Assembly (NCBI GenBank): GCA_963767925.1
Contig: CAVYGB010000008.1
Span: 2,592,001-2,656,000 of the forward strand
DNA length: 64,000 nt
Direction: 5' to 3'
From: an uncultured delta proteobacterium
GTDB lineage: Bacteria; Myxococcota_A; Polyangia; Fen-1088
The position numbers and the translations under genes are program-made. A model generated the notes under the pieces. It saw only the letters and a program-made list of their open reading frames with translations. It searched no databases and was not told the origin of the DNA. The stretch's first letter is position 1. Every line of letters starts with the position of its first letter. This document shows positions 20,633 through 32,400 of the stretch, one piece after another.

Positions 20633-21295
20633 ATGGCGAAGCCCCTGAAAACAAAGAAGAACCCCGTCGAGCCCGAGGAGCCGAGCCATTCGGCGCGCAA
20701 GCACCAGGCGATCCTCGCGGCGGCCACCGAGGTGTTTCTCCGGGCGGGTTACCTCGGCACCAACATGGACGAGATCGCCGCGCTCTCCGAGGTCTCGAAG
20801 CAGACCGTCTACAAGCACTTCGAGAGCAAGGAGGCGCTGTTCATCGAGATCGTGAGCAGCATGACCGAGAACACCGGCGACATCGTCCGCAGCGAGGTGG
20901 CCGAGCTCGACGACGGCGGCGACCTCGCCCAGTACCTGCTCGACTACGCCTCCCGGCAGCTCACGGCGGTGCTGACCCCCCGGGTGATGCAGCTCCGGCG
21001 CCTCGTCATCGGGGAGGTCAGCCGCTTTCCCGAGCTGGCCAGGGTGCTCTACGAACGGGGCCCGCAGCGGGCGATGGAGGCCCTGGCCAGGCTCTTCCAG
21101 CATCTCGCCGCGCGCGGTCTGCTCACCATCGGGGATCCGCTGGTGGCGGCATCCCATTTCAACTGGTTGATCATGGCTGCCCCCTTGAACCAGGCCATGC
21201 TGCTGGGAGACGCGGCGATCCCCAAGCCTGCCCAGCTTCGCAGCCAGGCCGCCGAAGGCGTGCGGGTGTTCCTCGCGGCCTATCGCAAGAAGTGA
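20633..21295 (+). CDS. TetR/AcrR family regulator
   Basis: ILAAATEVF...MDEIAALSEVSKQTVYKHFESKEALF HTH. Confidence 0.95.
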   Translation: MAKPLKTKKNPVEPEEPSHSARKHQAILAAATEVFLRAGYLGTNMDEIAALSEVSKQTVYKHFESKEALFIEIVSSMTENTGDIVRSEVAELDDGGDLAQYLLDYASRQLTAVLTPRVMQLRRLVIGEVSRFPELARVLYERGPQRAMEALARLFQHLAARGLLTIGDPLVAASHFNWLIMAAPLNQAMLLGDAAIPKPAQLRSQAAEGVRVFLAAYRKK

Positions 21296-21337
21296 CCGAA
21301 GGGGGGAGCCGGCGAATCGCCGGCCGTCAGACGTCGG

Positions 21338-21985
21338 CTAGAAGACGGCGCGGACCAGGAAGACCAGGCCCATGCCGAGGCCCAGGCCGGTCAGCGCGAC
21401 CATGCCGATGAAGCGGTACTGCGAAGCGGTCGCGGGGCGCTGCGCCCGGCGCGGCGCGAGGGGGACCTGGCGGGTGGGGGCAGCCAGCGGTGCGGGCGTG
21501 ACCGAGGCGGGGTTCACGGACGACGGGCTCACGATCGGCAGGGGCGTCAGGGTCAGCCGGCGCTCGGCGCTCGCGTCGCGCGTCGGCGGCGCGCCCGGCT
21601 TGGCGAAGCGCGCGCTGGGCGGGACCGCGGGGGGTGCGGGGGGGGTTGCCCGGCGCGGAAGGGCCGGGACGACGGGGGGCGGGGTCCCTCGATTCGCGAG
21701 GCGCGAGACCTCGGGCCGCGGGGTCGGCTGGCCGGGGATGCGAGGGAGCGCGTCGGGAAGGGCGGGTGCGGTCTGGCGCAAGGAATGCGGGGCGGGCAAC
21801 CGCGCGCGCTGGGCGCCCCGCTCCGGGGCGACGACCGAGGCGTGGGCTCGCGCCACGAGCGACTCGGGAGACTCCAGCACCGTGCGGCCGCCCTCCTCGA
21901 AGCTCTCCTCCAGCAGACGGGCGGCTCCCCGCTCGCGCGCGTAGAGCTGCGTCGGGCTCTCCGACCAATCACCCTGCTTCGTCAT
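21338..21985 (-). CDS. hypothetical Pro-rich protein with C-terminal TM helix
   Basis: ATG at 21985; ends FIGMVALTGLGLGMGLVFLVRAVF. Confidence 0.55.
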   Translation of the reverse strand: MTKQGDWSESPTQLYARERGAARLLEESFEEGGRTVLESPESLVARAHASVVAPERGAQRARLPAPHSLRQTAPALPDALPRIPGQPTPRPEVSRLANRGTPPPVVPALPRRATPPAPPAVPPSARFAKPGAPPTRDASAERRLTLTPLPIVSPSSVNPASVTPAPLAAPTRQVPLAPRRAQRPATASQYRFIGMVALTGLGLGMGLVFLVRAVF

Positions 21986-22319
21986 GATGTATCTCTTCGG
22001 TACCTCGGGGGAGCCTCTGAAAGGAGATGCGCGAGGCTGTCGGGATCTCTCGGGTTTCCCGGGAGGCGCAGTCAGGGCGAGCGCGGGAGAGCCTCTCCGC
22101 CCGCAGGTGGGTCGACCACCCCGAAGTGGGGCCATGTCCGCCCCCGCGCCGCGGTCACTTCGACTCCGCGGGGTCGAGGGGGAAGGTCCGACGGACGCTC
22201 ACCGAGCCGCCCGCGGAGTCCTCGAAGGGACGGGTTGCCGCGGCCGCGGGAATCACCGCCTGCTCCACGCACTGGCCGACCGGCGTACCGGCCGGGGGAC
22301 CGCTCATCCGGACCTTGAT

Positions 22320-24617
22320 CTACTGGATGCCCTGCTCGGCGAGATGATCGTAGCGGTCGGTCAGCCATGTGCGGGCGGTCGCGATCTGCGCGGCGAGGTC
22401 GCACTTGCCCTCGGCCGGCGATTCGGCCCAGCTCACCGGATCCCAGTCGGCGAGGGCCTCGTCCAGGAGCGACAGCACATTGGCCCGGGAGAGCACCCCG
22501 CCCACCAGCTCGGTGAAGCGGACGCGAAACTCGTCGCGGTAGGCCTTGAGGAGGGCGCTCTTCAGCAGGTTCACGCCGCCCGCCGGGTCGGGGCCGACGC
22601 CGTCCTCGCCCATGAAGATCGAGGCGTTGGCCTGGGTGCCGACGCCGCCGAACTCCAGGTCGAAGTCCTGGGGCAAGACCTCGTGTTTGCCGTCGCTGGC
22701 CCGCCGATAGAGGTAGAAGTTGTGGACCCCGTCGTCCCAGACCCCGGCGAAGTTTCGCACGGCCCAGCCGGTCAGGAGCTGGCGGACGTCGAAGTACCGG
22801 TCCAGGTGCGCGCGAACCGGGCTCCAGTCGCCGCTCTCGCTGGCGGCGACATAAAGCGGCTCGAGCCCCTCGATGATCGCGATCAGCTCCTCGTGCCCGG
22901 CCGGGTCGCCGTCTTTCCACCCGTGGGTCTGTCGCTCGTAGATCTTCCGGTAGCGCTGCAGGGTGCTCCAGCGTTCCGGGCACCAGGGGTTCAGGCCCAC
23001 CGGTCGAAAGTTGCCGGGCGCCCAGGGCCCCTGGTGGCCCAGGACGCCGTCGGACTTGAACAGATCGCCGACGGCCTCCCGCGGGGCGGTCTTGTCCAGC
23101 AGCTCCTCGCCGATGTCCTCCACCTCCATCATGTAGTGGTAGTAGGCCCCGTTGACGTAGAGCCGGGCGAAGCGAAAGCGCTGGGTGCGCACGCCCGCCG
23201 CCCAGTGCAGCTTGCTGGCCAGGCTGTTCAGCACCCCCGTGCAGGCGTCGAGCTGCTTGTTCAGGGTCACCGTCTCCCGCTCGTCACCCTTGCCGCCCCA
23301 GCGTGAATAGTTGGGGAAGGACAGCCGCCAGCTCAACGCCTTGTGGTCGGGGGGCTGGGTCGGCCCGCTGCCCCCCGGGAGGGGCGGCAGCGGGAGGCCG
23401 TGCCAGCGCCGGTAGCGGCTCCCCTGGTAGCGCACCAGCACGTCGTGGACCCGGCCGGCGTGGACGGCCACCGCCGGCACCCGGGCGTCCCAGGTCGGGT
23501 TGAGCTCGCATCCATCGTTGGGCCCGCCCCCGAGGTTGGTCCACATCTGCGTCCAGCGCGCGGGGGCGATGAAGACCTGGTAGGCGCTGGCGGGCGGCGC
23601 CGGGTCTGGCTCGACGAAGAGCAGGTGAAAGGCGGAGGGATCCCCGGGCCGCGGCGACAGCACCTCGCTGCTCTGGCCGGGGTAATAGTGAAGGATCCGG
23701 TAGCGCACGATGGCCGCCCCTGGGAACGCCGGCAGCAGCGCGTAGTGCTCGCGGTTGCCGTGGTCGGCCATCGCGATCCGGACGCGCGGCTCGGCCTCCT
23801 CGGGGGCGGCGAGATCGTCGATGAAATATTCGACCGCCACCTGACCGACCGCGCCCGGGCTCAGCGTCACCCAGACCGGCATTGCGGCGCCGGGCTTGAT
23901 CACCGTCCCCCGGGGGCCCACCTGCAGAACGATGGCCGGCGGTTCGCCCGAGACGCTGTTCGGCGCGGCCGGAGTACCGCCGCCGGTCGGCGACACGACC
24001 CAGTTGCGCACCTCGGACGCGGGCAGGGAATAGCTCGAGCGCTCGAGGGAGCGCCCGCGGTACTGGTGCTTGTCGTATTCCCCCGCCGGAAACCAGGCCC
24101 CGCCGGCCCCCAGCGCGTCGGCCCCCAGGGGCCAGGGGAGCTGATCGTCGTAGAGGGCCAGATCGACGAGCGTCCCCTGATCATCGAGCAGCGTCACGGT
24201 GTCGCCGCCGTTGTCCAGCTCGCCCTGGTAGTCGCCCAGCACGAGCTCGGGGGGCAGGCCACGATCGACGATCAGCCGCTGGCGATCGCGGGCCAGCACC
24301 AGGTAGCCGCCGGGAGCCAGGGTGGCGGTCTCCGGCAGCACCAGCGCCTCCTGCCCACCGATGATCAGCTTCCACCCATGCAGGGAGCGGGCGACGCTCG
24401 CGGGGTTGTGCAGCTCGACGAACTCGTGGCGCTCGCGAGCGTCATTTTCGAGCACCGGGTGATACATGATCTCCGAGATGGCCACACCGGGCTCCACCAG
24501 GGCAGCGGGCACCGGCCCGGCGATGATCTCGCCGAGAGGCAGACGACAAGCCGCCCCCGCAAGGAGCAGGGGGGTGAATACGGCAAGGCGTAAGAGGGGA
24601 AAAGGGGCCATGTCCAC
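22320..24617 (-). CDS. lamin-tail domain + CotH kinase family lipoprotein
   Basis: ISEIMYHP, EFVELHN, LDNGGD (LTD); RYQGSRYR, ARLYVNG, WDDGVHNFYLY, PQDFD (CotH); lipobox GAAC. Confidence 0.85.
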   Translation of the reverse strand: MDMAPFPLLRLAVFTPLLLAGAACRLPLGEIIAGPVPAALVEPGVAISEIMYHPVLENDARERHEFVELHNPASVARSLHGWKLIIGGQEALVLPETATLAPGGYLVLARDRQRLIVDRGLPPELVLGDYQGELDNGGDTVTLLDDQGTLVDLALYDDQLPWPLGADALGAGGAWFPAGEYDKHQYRGRSLERSSYSLPASEVRNWVVSPTGGGTPAAPNSVSGEPPAIVLQVGPRGTVIKPGAAMPVWVTLSPGAVGQVAVEYFIDDLAAPEEAEPRVRIAMADHGNREHYALLPAFPGAAIVRYRILHYYPGQSSEVLSPRPGDPSAFHLLFVEPDPAPPASAYQVFIAPARWTQMWTNLGGGPNDGCELNPTWDARVPAVAVHAGRVHDVLVRYQGSRYRRWHGLPLPPLPGGSGPTQPPDHKALSWRLSFPNYSRWGGKGDERETVTLNKQLDACTGVLNSLASKLHWAAGVRTQRFRFARLYVNGAYYHYMMEVEDIGEELLDKTAPREAVGDLFKSDGVLGHQGPWAPGNFRPVGLNPWCPERWSTLQRYRKIYERQTHGWKDGDPAGHEELIAIIEGLEPLYVAASESGDWSPVRAHLDRYFDVRQLLTGWAVRNFAGVWDDGVHNFYLYRRASDGKHEVLPQDFDLEFGGVGTQANASIFMGEDGVGPDPAGGVNLLKSALLKAYRDEFRVRFTELVGGVLSRANVLSLLDEALADWDPVSWAESPAEGKCDLAAQIATARTWLTDRYDHLAEQGIQ

Positions 24618-24979
24618 GCGCTGGGCGCGCTGCGCGCAGCCTCGGCAGGGTCTGCCCGCGTCCCCCTGAAAAATCGGCAGAAGCTCGGGGCGCTGAACGG
24701 CGCGATTGGCAATCGGCGATGAGCGGGACGCCGCCTCGCGCGACCCTGTACCGCCATCCCGTGCGGGTCGGTCGCGGCCGGGGCGGCCACCTCGAGCCGC
24801 CTCTCGGAACGTGGTGGAGAGGCGTACCGGAGAAAGAGGGAGCCTGCTCGTGGCGAGAGCGACCGTCGCTCGGCGTGTGGCGAATGCCTGGACCGCGAAC
24901 CGCCCCGAGATTCTTTCGATTCGGCCGTTGTGCGCTAGAATCTCGGCCGCCGGGCGACCCCGGCAGACGGGATGGCTGC

Positions 24980-25846
24980 ATGAGCAAGAGCGCGATCGCT
25001 TCGAGTCCCTGGACGTGCAAGGTTGTGGTCGCCGTGCTGGCCCTGGGGGCCGGCTGCGGCGGTGAATCGAGCAACGGAACCGGCGGGACCGGCGGTGGGA
25101 CGGGCGGCAGTGGAGGCACGGGCGGCAGCGGCGGTACGGGTGGCAGCGGCGGCACCGGCGGTGGTGGCGCCACGATCAGCTTCACCCGCGACATCCAGGG
25201 GCCGATCTTCAACGCCCTCTGCGTCGACTGTCACTTTGCCGGATCGGCGATCAATTACGACTTCAAAAATCCCTTCGATCCCGTCAACGGCATCATCAAC
25301 CGCCCGAACTCCTGGCTCGACCATGGCCCGCAAGAGCCGGTGATCGTCCAGCCGGGAAACGTCGCCAACAGCTTCCTCATCAAGAAGGTGGCGGATCCGA
25401 ATATCGACACCGCCGTGAGCGGCAAGGCCATGCCGCTGCTGCTCGAGCGCCTGTCGCAGGCCGAGCTGGACGCCGTCAGCACCTGGATCACCGACGGCGC
25501 CAAGAACGATGCCTATTTCAGCAGCATGGTGGCCCCCATCTTCGGCACGGCGATCCGGCTGGGCGCGGCCGGCGGCCGCTGCACCTATTGCCACTACCCC
25601 AACGCCCCCAGCGGCCTCGACGTCCTCAACGTCTTCGATGCCACCACCGGCATGGTGGGCCGCAACAGCCGTTACGGGGGCGGCATGAAGATCGTGGCCC
25701 CCGGCAATCCCGCCGGCAGCGCCCTGATGAAGAAGCTCAGCGGGACGACCCTGGGCCCCCAGATGCCCTTGCATCGGGATCGCCTGACCGAAGCGCAGGT
25801 GGAGACCCTGCGCAAGTGGATCACAGCCGGCGCGACGAACAACTAG
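24980..25846 (+). CDS. diheme c-type cytochrome lipoprotein
   Basis: lipobox GAGC, GGT/GGS linker, CVDCH and CTYCH, each followed by V.PGN...S.L.KK...MPL...WIT.GA. Confidence 0.8.
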   Translation: MSKSAIASSPWTCKVVVAVLALGAGCGGESSNGTGGTGGGTGGSGGTGGSGGTGGSGGTGGGGATISFTRDIQGPIFNALCVDCHFAGSAINYDFKNPFDPVNGIINRPNSWLDHGPQEPVIVQPGNVANSFLIKKVADPNIDTAVSGKAMPLLLERLSQAELDAVSTWITDGAKNDAYFSSMVAPIFGTAIRLGAAGGRCTYCHYPNAPSGLDVLNVFDATTGMVGRNSRYGGGMKIVAPGNPAGSALMKKLSGTTLGPQMPLHRDRLTEAQVETLRKWITAGATNN

Positions 25847-26323
25847 TCCCCTGGAACGGTGAAGGCTTGCATATGTCGGCGAGGCATCTTCGTTCCTGGC
25901 AAGGCGCGAGGAGGGCGAATACCTGGCGTATTCAACCGACGAGCAACGCAGCCAGGGACGAAGAGGACCGGCGAGATATGCAAGAAATCACCGTTCCAGG
26001 GGACTAGCGCACCGCTCTCGAAATAGCGTCAAGGATCCGCCGACAAGCCTGCGGCTCCGCGAGGCGCGACGACGACGAATATCCGGCATATTCCGGAGGA
26101 GCAACGAAGCGGGGGCGCAGGATCGTCGGCGCAGCCTTGACGATATTTCGCGAGCGGTGCACTAGCTCCTGTCTCAGGTCCGTCTTCCACAGATTGGAAG
26201 GCCGCAGCCGCCCGGCATCGTTTGCACCCTCGGAACCGGAGGATGCGCCGTACGGATGCCCCCGGTGCGCCGCTGCGACGCCGAGGTCCCGACACGCCCT
26301 TGAGCATCGGGGCGATCCTGCCG

Positions 26324-27145
26324 ATGTCAGGGGTGGTGTGGCGCGCCCGGCGGCTGGCGGTGCTGGGATTACTGGCGGCGGCCTGCACCGCCCCCAATCC
26401 GGCCTACCACCTCCGCGACCTCGGGGTGGACCCGAACGACGCCGGTCTCGGGGTCGACACCGGCTCCGGTCCGCCCGATGGGCCAGGGCTCGGCGGACCG
26501 GCCACCCTGGTGGGGCACTGGGCCTTCGACGAGGGGACCGGGACCACCGTCGCCGACGACCAGGGCACAAATAACGCCGCCTTGACCGGCGGGGTGACCT
26601 GGCTGCAGCCGGGGGCGCCCACCCCGGTCGGCAATCCCGCCTGCTTGCAGTTCGATGGATCGGACGACGAAGGAGAGGCCAACGTGAGCGACCTGGCCGG
26701 GCTGGATCAGCCCTTCAGCCTCGCGGTCTGGGTGTGGTCGCCGCCGCCCTCGGGCAACCCGCGCCGGACCATCCTCACCCTGCTGAAACCGGGGACCGGA
26801 GCGACCGGCGTCCAGCTCGGGCTGCAGGGCCTCGCCCCGGCGCTCTGGTACTACGGGGACGACGGCGCCACCAGCACTCTCGTCTTCCCCTCCCCCATCT
26901 CAGCCCAGACCTGGCACCGCCTGGCCTACGTCCACGAGGACGGCCGCCACACCCTCTACGTCGATGGGGTGTCGATGGCCAGCGCCAACCGGGCGCCGCC
27001 CTCTACCGGGGCGCCCACCCGGCTGCGCATCGCCACCTACGGCGGCACCAGCCAGCACTTTCCGGGGCGGCTCGACGATCTGCGCCTCTACCGCGGGGCC
27101 CTCACCCCGACGCAGGTATCGGCGCTGGTGGCCACGCCCCCCTGA
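26324..27145 (+). CDS. LamG-like jelly-roll lipoprotein
   Basis: lipobox LAAAC; LVGHWAFDEG.G, WHRLAYV, LYVDG, F.GRLDDLRLY..AL. Confidence 0.85.
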   Translation: MSGVVWRARRLAVLGLLAAACTAPNPAYHLRDLGVDPNDAGLGVDTGSGPPDGPGLGGPATLVGHWAFDEGTGTTVADDQGTNNAALTGGVTWLQPGAPTPVGNPACLQFDGSDDEGEANVSDLAGLDQPFSLAVWVWSPPPSGNPRRTILTLLKPGTGATGVQLGLQGLAPALWYYGDDGATSTLVFPSPISAQTWHRLAYVHEDGRHTLYVDGVSMASANRAPPSTGAPTRLRIATYGGTSQHFPGRLDDLRLYRGALTPTQVSALVATPP

Positions 27146-27236
27146 GGGGTCAAGCCGCCGTCCGGGGCGGCGGAGGCCACGAGCGGCGCGCGGGCGGCCC
27201 GCCGCTCTCTTTCGGCCACAGCGGCGCCCGGCCCGG

Positions 27237-29201
27237 CTACAGCGCCAGGCCGCGGGCGATGTCCTGGGCGCCGAGGTACTGGCCCAGCACCTTGAGCAGG
27301 CCGTTGTCCTCGGCGGACTCCTTCTTCACCTGCCGGACCAGCGCCTCCCGGGCGCGCGGGTTGTGCGCCACCATGGCGCCCAGGATGTGGATGATCGACT
27401 GGCGGGTCACGGCGCTGGTCGACTTGCCGAGGTCGGCGATGGCCAGCTCGACGATGCGCGGGTCGGGCACCTCCTGGGCGTCGAAGAGCTGCGCCGAGAG
27501 CGTGCGGTAGAGCTTCTTCTTCACGAAGGGATCGTCCTCCCGGGCCAGCCACTCCACCGTGAGGTTGGCGGTCTCGGCCGGCGGCATGCGCCGGATGATC
27601 GTCGTGGCCGCCTCCCGCACCTTGGGGTCGCCGCTGCGGGTGTGGGGCAACACGTGCGACAGCAGCCCGGGATCGCCGATGTTGGCCAGGGCGCTGATCG
27701 CCGGCCGCAGCGTCCGGGCGGTGCTCCCCTGCTCCAGCAGATCCAGGGCCCCCTGCGCGGCGACCTGCTTGATCTCGCTGTCGTCGGCCTTGAGCCCGGC
27801 CATCATGCCCAGGGCCAGGGCCGCCTCGCGGGAGAACAGCCGCTCGTTGCGGGTGGCCCCCTTGCTCACGCCCTTCGTGTCCTGCAGCAGCGAGCGGGCC
27901 AGGGTCACCCCCACGTCGTCCCGGTCGACCAGGGCGAAGGCGCTGTTGGTCCGCAGGATGGTGGCCGCCCTGGCGTCGTCCTTGAGGCGCCAGAGGGCGT
28001 CGCGCGCCTGCGGGGTGGGGGTCTTGCCGAGCGCGATGAAGGTAGCCGCCACGGCGCCGTCGGCTATCTGGCCCTTGCGGAGCTTGTCCACCACCTCCTG
28101 GGCGTCGTCGGGGTGGGCCTCCAGGTAGGCGCCCAGCACCGGCCAGACGTGGGCGATGTTCTGGTCCGCGTTGATCTTCTCGTACATCATGTCGAGCGCC
28201 TTCGGCAGCTCGATCGCCTTCATCCGCTCGACAACCGCCTGGTGCTCGCGGCTGCGCTGCACGGTCCGCGCCACCCGCGCGACCGCCCGGGTGAACATGT
28301 TCTCCCAGATGTAGCGCCCTGGATTGGTGGGCGCCTCGTCGAGCGCGCCGGTGGTGGGCGGGCGGGCCCCCACCTTGGTGGTGGTGTCGGTGTCGGCGAG
28401 AGACAGCCCGACCAGCTTCTCCCGGCTGATGAGCGAAGCGAACCAGGGCCCGGTCCCGACCGCCACCTTCATGGTGCTGATCTGGGGCTTGCCCGACGCC
28501 GCCCGGGCCATCGGCTTGCCGAGGTTGCCGCTGCGGTCCCACACCTTGGTGTAGAGATCGACGGTCCGATCGACGGTCTCCCCCTCCACCTGGTAAGAGG
28601 CGCGGTAGCGGCCGAACCCGGTCTCACCCTCGTCACTCCCCTGCCCCGCCGCCGGCCAGTACCACTGCAGCTCGTGCACCAGCGCCTGCTGGGTGCGCGC
28701 CGACGCCGTCCCGGTGGTGTCGAGCCGGGCATAGCCCTCGATCTTGCAGCGGTCGCTCACCTTCAGGAGGAAGGGGCCGTCGAGCGCGCCGGCCTCGGCC
28801 ACCGTGCGCGGGTCGACGTACCCGAAGCGGGCCAGCAACACGCCCGCCCCGGCGGGCTCCGCGCTCAGCACCTTCAGATCGAGGTGGGCCTGGGTCAGCC
28901 GGTCGCCCGGCGCACCGTCGAGCCGGGCGCCCGCCGGCAGGTTCAGCCGGCCAGGGTCCACCTTGACCTGAGTGTGCAGGTCGAGGGTGTAGGCCAGCCG
29001 CTGCCCGACCGCGAAGCGACAGCCAGGCTCGCGCGGCCCCGACGGCTCGGGGAGCTCCGGGTGCCCGGGCGCCCCCGCGGCCGGCGCCTCGGCCCCGACT
29101 TCTTCGGAGTCGTCCTGCAGGGCGGTCCAGAGCAAAGCCAGAGATGTCGCCAGCCCCCCGAGCCCGATCAGAACCCCTCGTCCCACCGATCGTCGTGCCA
29201 T
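27237..29201 (-). CDS. N-anchored protein with beta-rich N-domain and HEAT-like helical C-domain (vitellogenin-N-like)
   Basis: N-terminal TM; F..GQRLAYTL beta start; helical repeats ALGKT.TPQA..AL, ALALG, ALANIGD...DPKVREAA. Confidence 0.7.
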   Translation of the reverse strand: MARRSVGRGVLIGLGGLATSLALLWTALQDDSEEVGAEAPAAGAPGHPELPEPSGPREPGCRFAVGQRLAYTLDLHTQVKVDPGRLNLPAGARLDGAPGDRLTQAHLDLKVLSAEPAGAGVLLARFGYVDPRTVAEAGALDGPFLLKVSDRCKIEGYARLDTTGTASARTQQALVHELQWYWPAAGQGSDEGETGFGRYRASYQVEGETVDRTVDLYTKVWDRSGNLGKPMARAASGKPQISTMKVAVGTGPWFASLISREKLVGLSLADTDTTTKVGARPPTTGALDEAPTNPGRYIWENMFTRAVARVARTVQRSREHQAVVERMKAIELPKALDMMYEKINADQNIAHVWPVLGAYLEAHPDDAQEVVDKLRKGQIADGAVAATFIALGKTPTPQARDALWRLKDDARAATILRTNSAFALVDRDDVGVTLARSLLQDTKGVSKGATRNERLFSREAALALGMMAGLKADDSEIKQVAAQGALDLLEQGSTARTLRPAISALANIGDPGLLSHVLPHTRSGDPKVREAATTIIRRMPPAETANLTVEWLAREDDPFVKKKLYRTLSAQLFDAQEVPDPRIVELAIADLGKSTSAVTRQSIIHILGAMVAHNPRAREALVRQVKKESAEDNGLLKVLGQYLGAQDIARGLAL

Positions 29202-29420
29202 CAACACCCCTCGTGAAAGTCGCCCGGCCAACCAGTCGCGCTCGCTTCCGTCCGGACGCGGGCGTGTTCCTGGAAGATCCCGGCCGTTGCTTCGGGTGTG
29301 TGTTTTCAGAACTTGAGGGCGGCGACCCCTTTGCAGTTCCCGCACTTTTCTCCTCAACCCCGGCGCCGGGGCGGACGATGCGCCGGGGTGCGATTCCTCG
29401 AGGAGAGGCGGGTTGGAACG

Positions 29421-32400
29421 ATGACATCTGGTCGGCGCTTCGCACGTTATGTTTCACTGGCCCTCGCGGGCAGCCTGGCGAGCTGTGGCGGCGATTCGCC
29501 GCCGCCCGAAGAAGAGGATCCGCCGCCCTTCGGGGGCGTCGATCCCACCCTGAACTGCCCGGCGGGCCAGGTCGGCTGGGACTTCTCCACCGGCGGCGGG
29601 CGGGTGATCGAAGGTGCGCCCACCACGGGCCGCAAGTGCATCCCGTCGGTCTGCTCCGGTAAAACCCAGCGCGCCGCCGACATGACCTGCGTGGCCAATG
29701 ACCTCATCCCCGAGGTGACATTGCCGGCAGCGAAGATGGCCGACGGCCGCTTCTGGATGGAGCCGGCCTCCACCGACTACAACCAGAACTGGATCCGGAA
29801 GACGGGAGAGGGCGCGCGCCCCGACTACCGCGAGACCCTCGAGGTCTACGGCGGCGTCTGGGGCGGCTGGAAGGGGATGAAGATGTGCCCGGCCGGCTAC
29901 CACGGCAACGGGTACCGCATCCGGGTCGAGAACCCCATCGACGGCGACGACACCGCGATGAACGCCGTGCAGATCAACTGCGTGAACCCCCAGGGGCAGT
30001 CACAGGTGATCACCTCCCACGACGGCGTCTGGGGCGACTGGAAACAGTGGAACTACTGCACGGGCAGCAAATACCTCAACGGGGTCGACATGAAGTTCGA
30101 AGATCCCATCAGCGGCGACGACACCGCCGCCAACGACCTGGGCTTCTTCTGCGGCGACGACCGGATGGGGCTGCACGGCGGCGGCGGTGGCCCCTGGGGC
30201 AACTGGAAACCGCGGGCGTTCTGCGGCAAGGGTCGAACGATCTGCGGCGTGGAGAGCCGCTTCGAAGATCCCATCAACGGCGACGACACCGCCATGAACG
30301 GCCTCAAGATCGCCTGCTGTGACGCCCCCGGGACCGGAGCCACCGCCGCCAACAGCTTCCGGCCGCTCTACCAGGAGGTGCCCTATCGCCTCTCGGCCAA
30401 GGTGCCGGCGGCCGGCGCGGCCTTCAAGACCCGCCTGGCGCTCTGGGTGACGAAGTCCTTCGTCGACCGGCGCGTGAAGGCGGGCCAGAGCCCCGGCGAC
30501 AAGGTGCCGCCCGCGGAGGCCTTCGTGTGCACCTTGACCCACCTCGATGTGCAGAAGCTGGCCGCCGGCGAGGCCATCACCCAGGCGGCTTCCCGCGCCA
30601 TCGGCGAGATCATCTCCCCCGAGTGCGTCAAGGGGCTGGAGAACGCCAGGCTCGATCTCGAGCGCCGGCTGCAGGCCAGAAGGCTCCAGGCCGACCGGGA
30701 CGCCGACGCCGGTCGGATCACCTGGGAGCAGAGAAACACGATCAAGGAGGAGGTCTATCGCGGCATCTCCGAATACGTCGACGACGGCAGCCTCGTGCTG
30801 CACCTGTCGTTCGATCCGATGGGCGACACGTACATCCCGCCCACCACCGCCGCCGCCACTCTCCTGCGCTTCTCCACCGGGGGCAACGCCCCCAACCCGC
30901 CGGGCTTCTTTTACCAGCCCGAGTGGAGGTGGGTGGACATGATCACCTATTACCAGCAGCGCGAGATCCAGGTCCCCTGGATCGGCCCCAACGGGGAGAC
31001 CAGCGGCGCGCAGAGCTCGCTGCTGCACTCCGCCGCCGCCTCGGCCTTCGATCTGCCGACCAAGCTGCTGTTCGGGATCAAGGACTTCAAGCTGGAGAGC
31101 TCGGCCCTCAAGCTCAACCCCTTCGAGCCTTCCCCCCCGGCCGTCACCGTCGACATCGACTGGCTGGTCTACGGCGACATTCAAGCCAACCCCTACTCGG
31201 CTCGCCCCGGGGCCAAGCGCATCAACGACGTGAAGCCCCCCAGCGATCGCAACCTGCGGGCCACGGTCGAGTTCCGCCCGGCCGGCACCACCCTGGCCTG
31301 GAAGGCGATTGGCAAGGTGCCGCTCAACAAGGACGTTCCGGTGGCCACCGGCTCGGTCAAGAGCGCCACCTTCTTCCCGGACAAGACCCAGACCAAGGAC
31401 CTGTTCAGCCAGAGCTCGGGCGCCTGGCGCACCTCCTCGATGTTCGACGTGCGCGTCTGCCTGGACATCGACGGGCTCAACCCCCGGCCCGAGTCGAGCG
31501 GACCGCTCCGCCTGCCCTCGGTCTACGCCGACAGCTTCCTGTTCACGGCCGGCTTCGAGTCGAACGAGAAGGGCTGCGTCACCAAGCCGACCGCCCTGGC
31601 CATCACCCGCGACTTCCTGCTGCGCCCGATCCAGCCCCAGCGCGAGTCGGCCGACGTCGGCATGGTCGACACGACGAAGTCGGGCGGCGACGATGCCAGC
31701 GGCGCCACCGACAACGGCGGCGAGAAGCTGTGCATGGACACCGCCACCGGCCGCCGCTGCGAATCGGAGAGCAGCTCCTCGATGGGCGGCCAGGGTTTCT
31801 TCGGCCGCAGCTTTTACTCGACCGAGACCCGTTCCAGCCAGACCGAAAACACGAACGGCTCGGGCAGCGCCGGGGCGGCCACCAGCGCCGAGATGTTCGG
31901 CTTCCAGGTCATCGACATGGACGACGAGGACATGGAGCGGGGCTGGGCCAGCGAGGCGCAGCGTCCCCAGGACGCCTTCATGCTCACCATCGAGCCGAAC
32001 TGGGACTTCATCATCGAGGGGCTCGAGGTGCTCAACCCCCCCGGTCCCCCACCCCGGCCCAAGTTCGAGGGCAAGAGGGTCAAGGGCCGGATGGGCCTCG
32101 GCATCGGCGTCGGCTTCGAGGCCACCATCCAGATCGGGCCCATTCCCGGCCGGCTGACGGCGTCGTTCGGGGTCGGCTTCTCGGTAGCCCTCATCTTCAC
32201 CCTGAAGTTCAAGGCGGACGGCGAATACCCCTGCACCGGGGACAGCAACACCAAGTGTTTCCTCGCCTCCACCGACCGCAAGAACCAGCGGGAGGCGGCC
32301 CGGGCCTGCGCCAAGAAGGGGGCCCGCCTGGCCGAGATCCGCGGCACCCGCGACCGCGACGGCATCATGGCGGCCGCCGAGGGCGACCAGAACTACTGGA

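Noticed and set aside
22162..22220. 11-bp inverted repeat gactccgcggg/cccgcggagtc as a structured RNA
   Set aside because: No recognisable riboswitch motif and plausible by chance at this GC content
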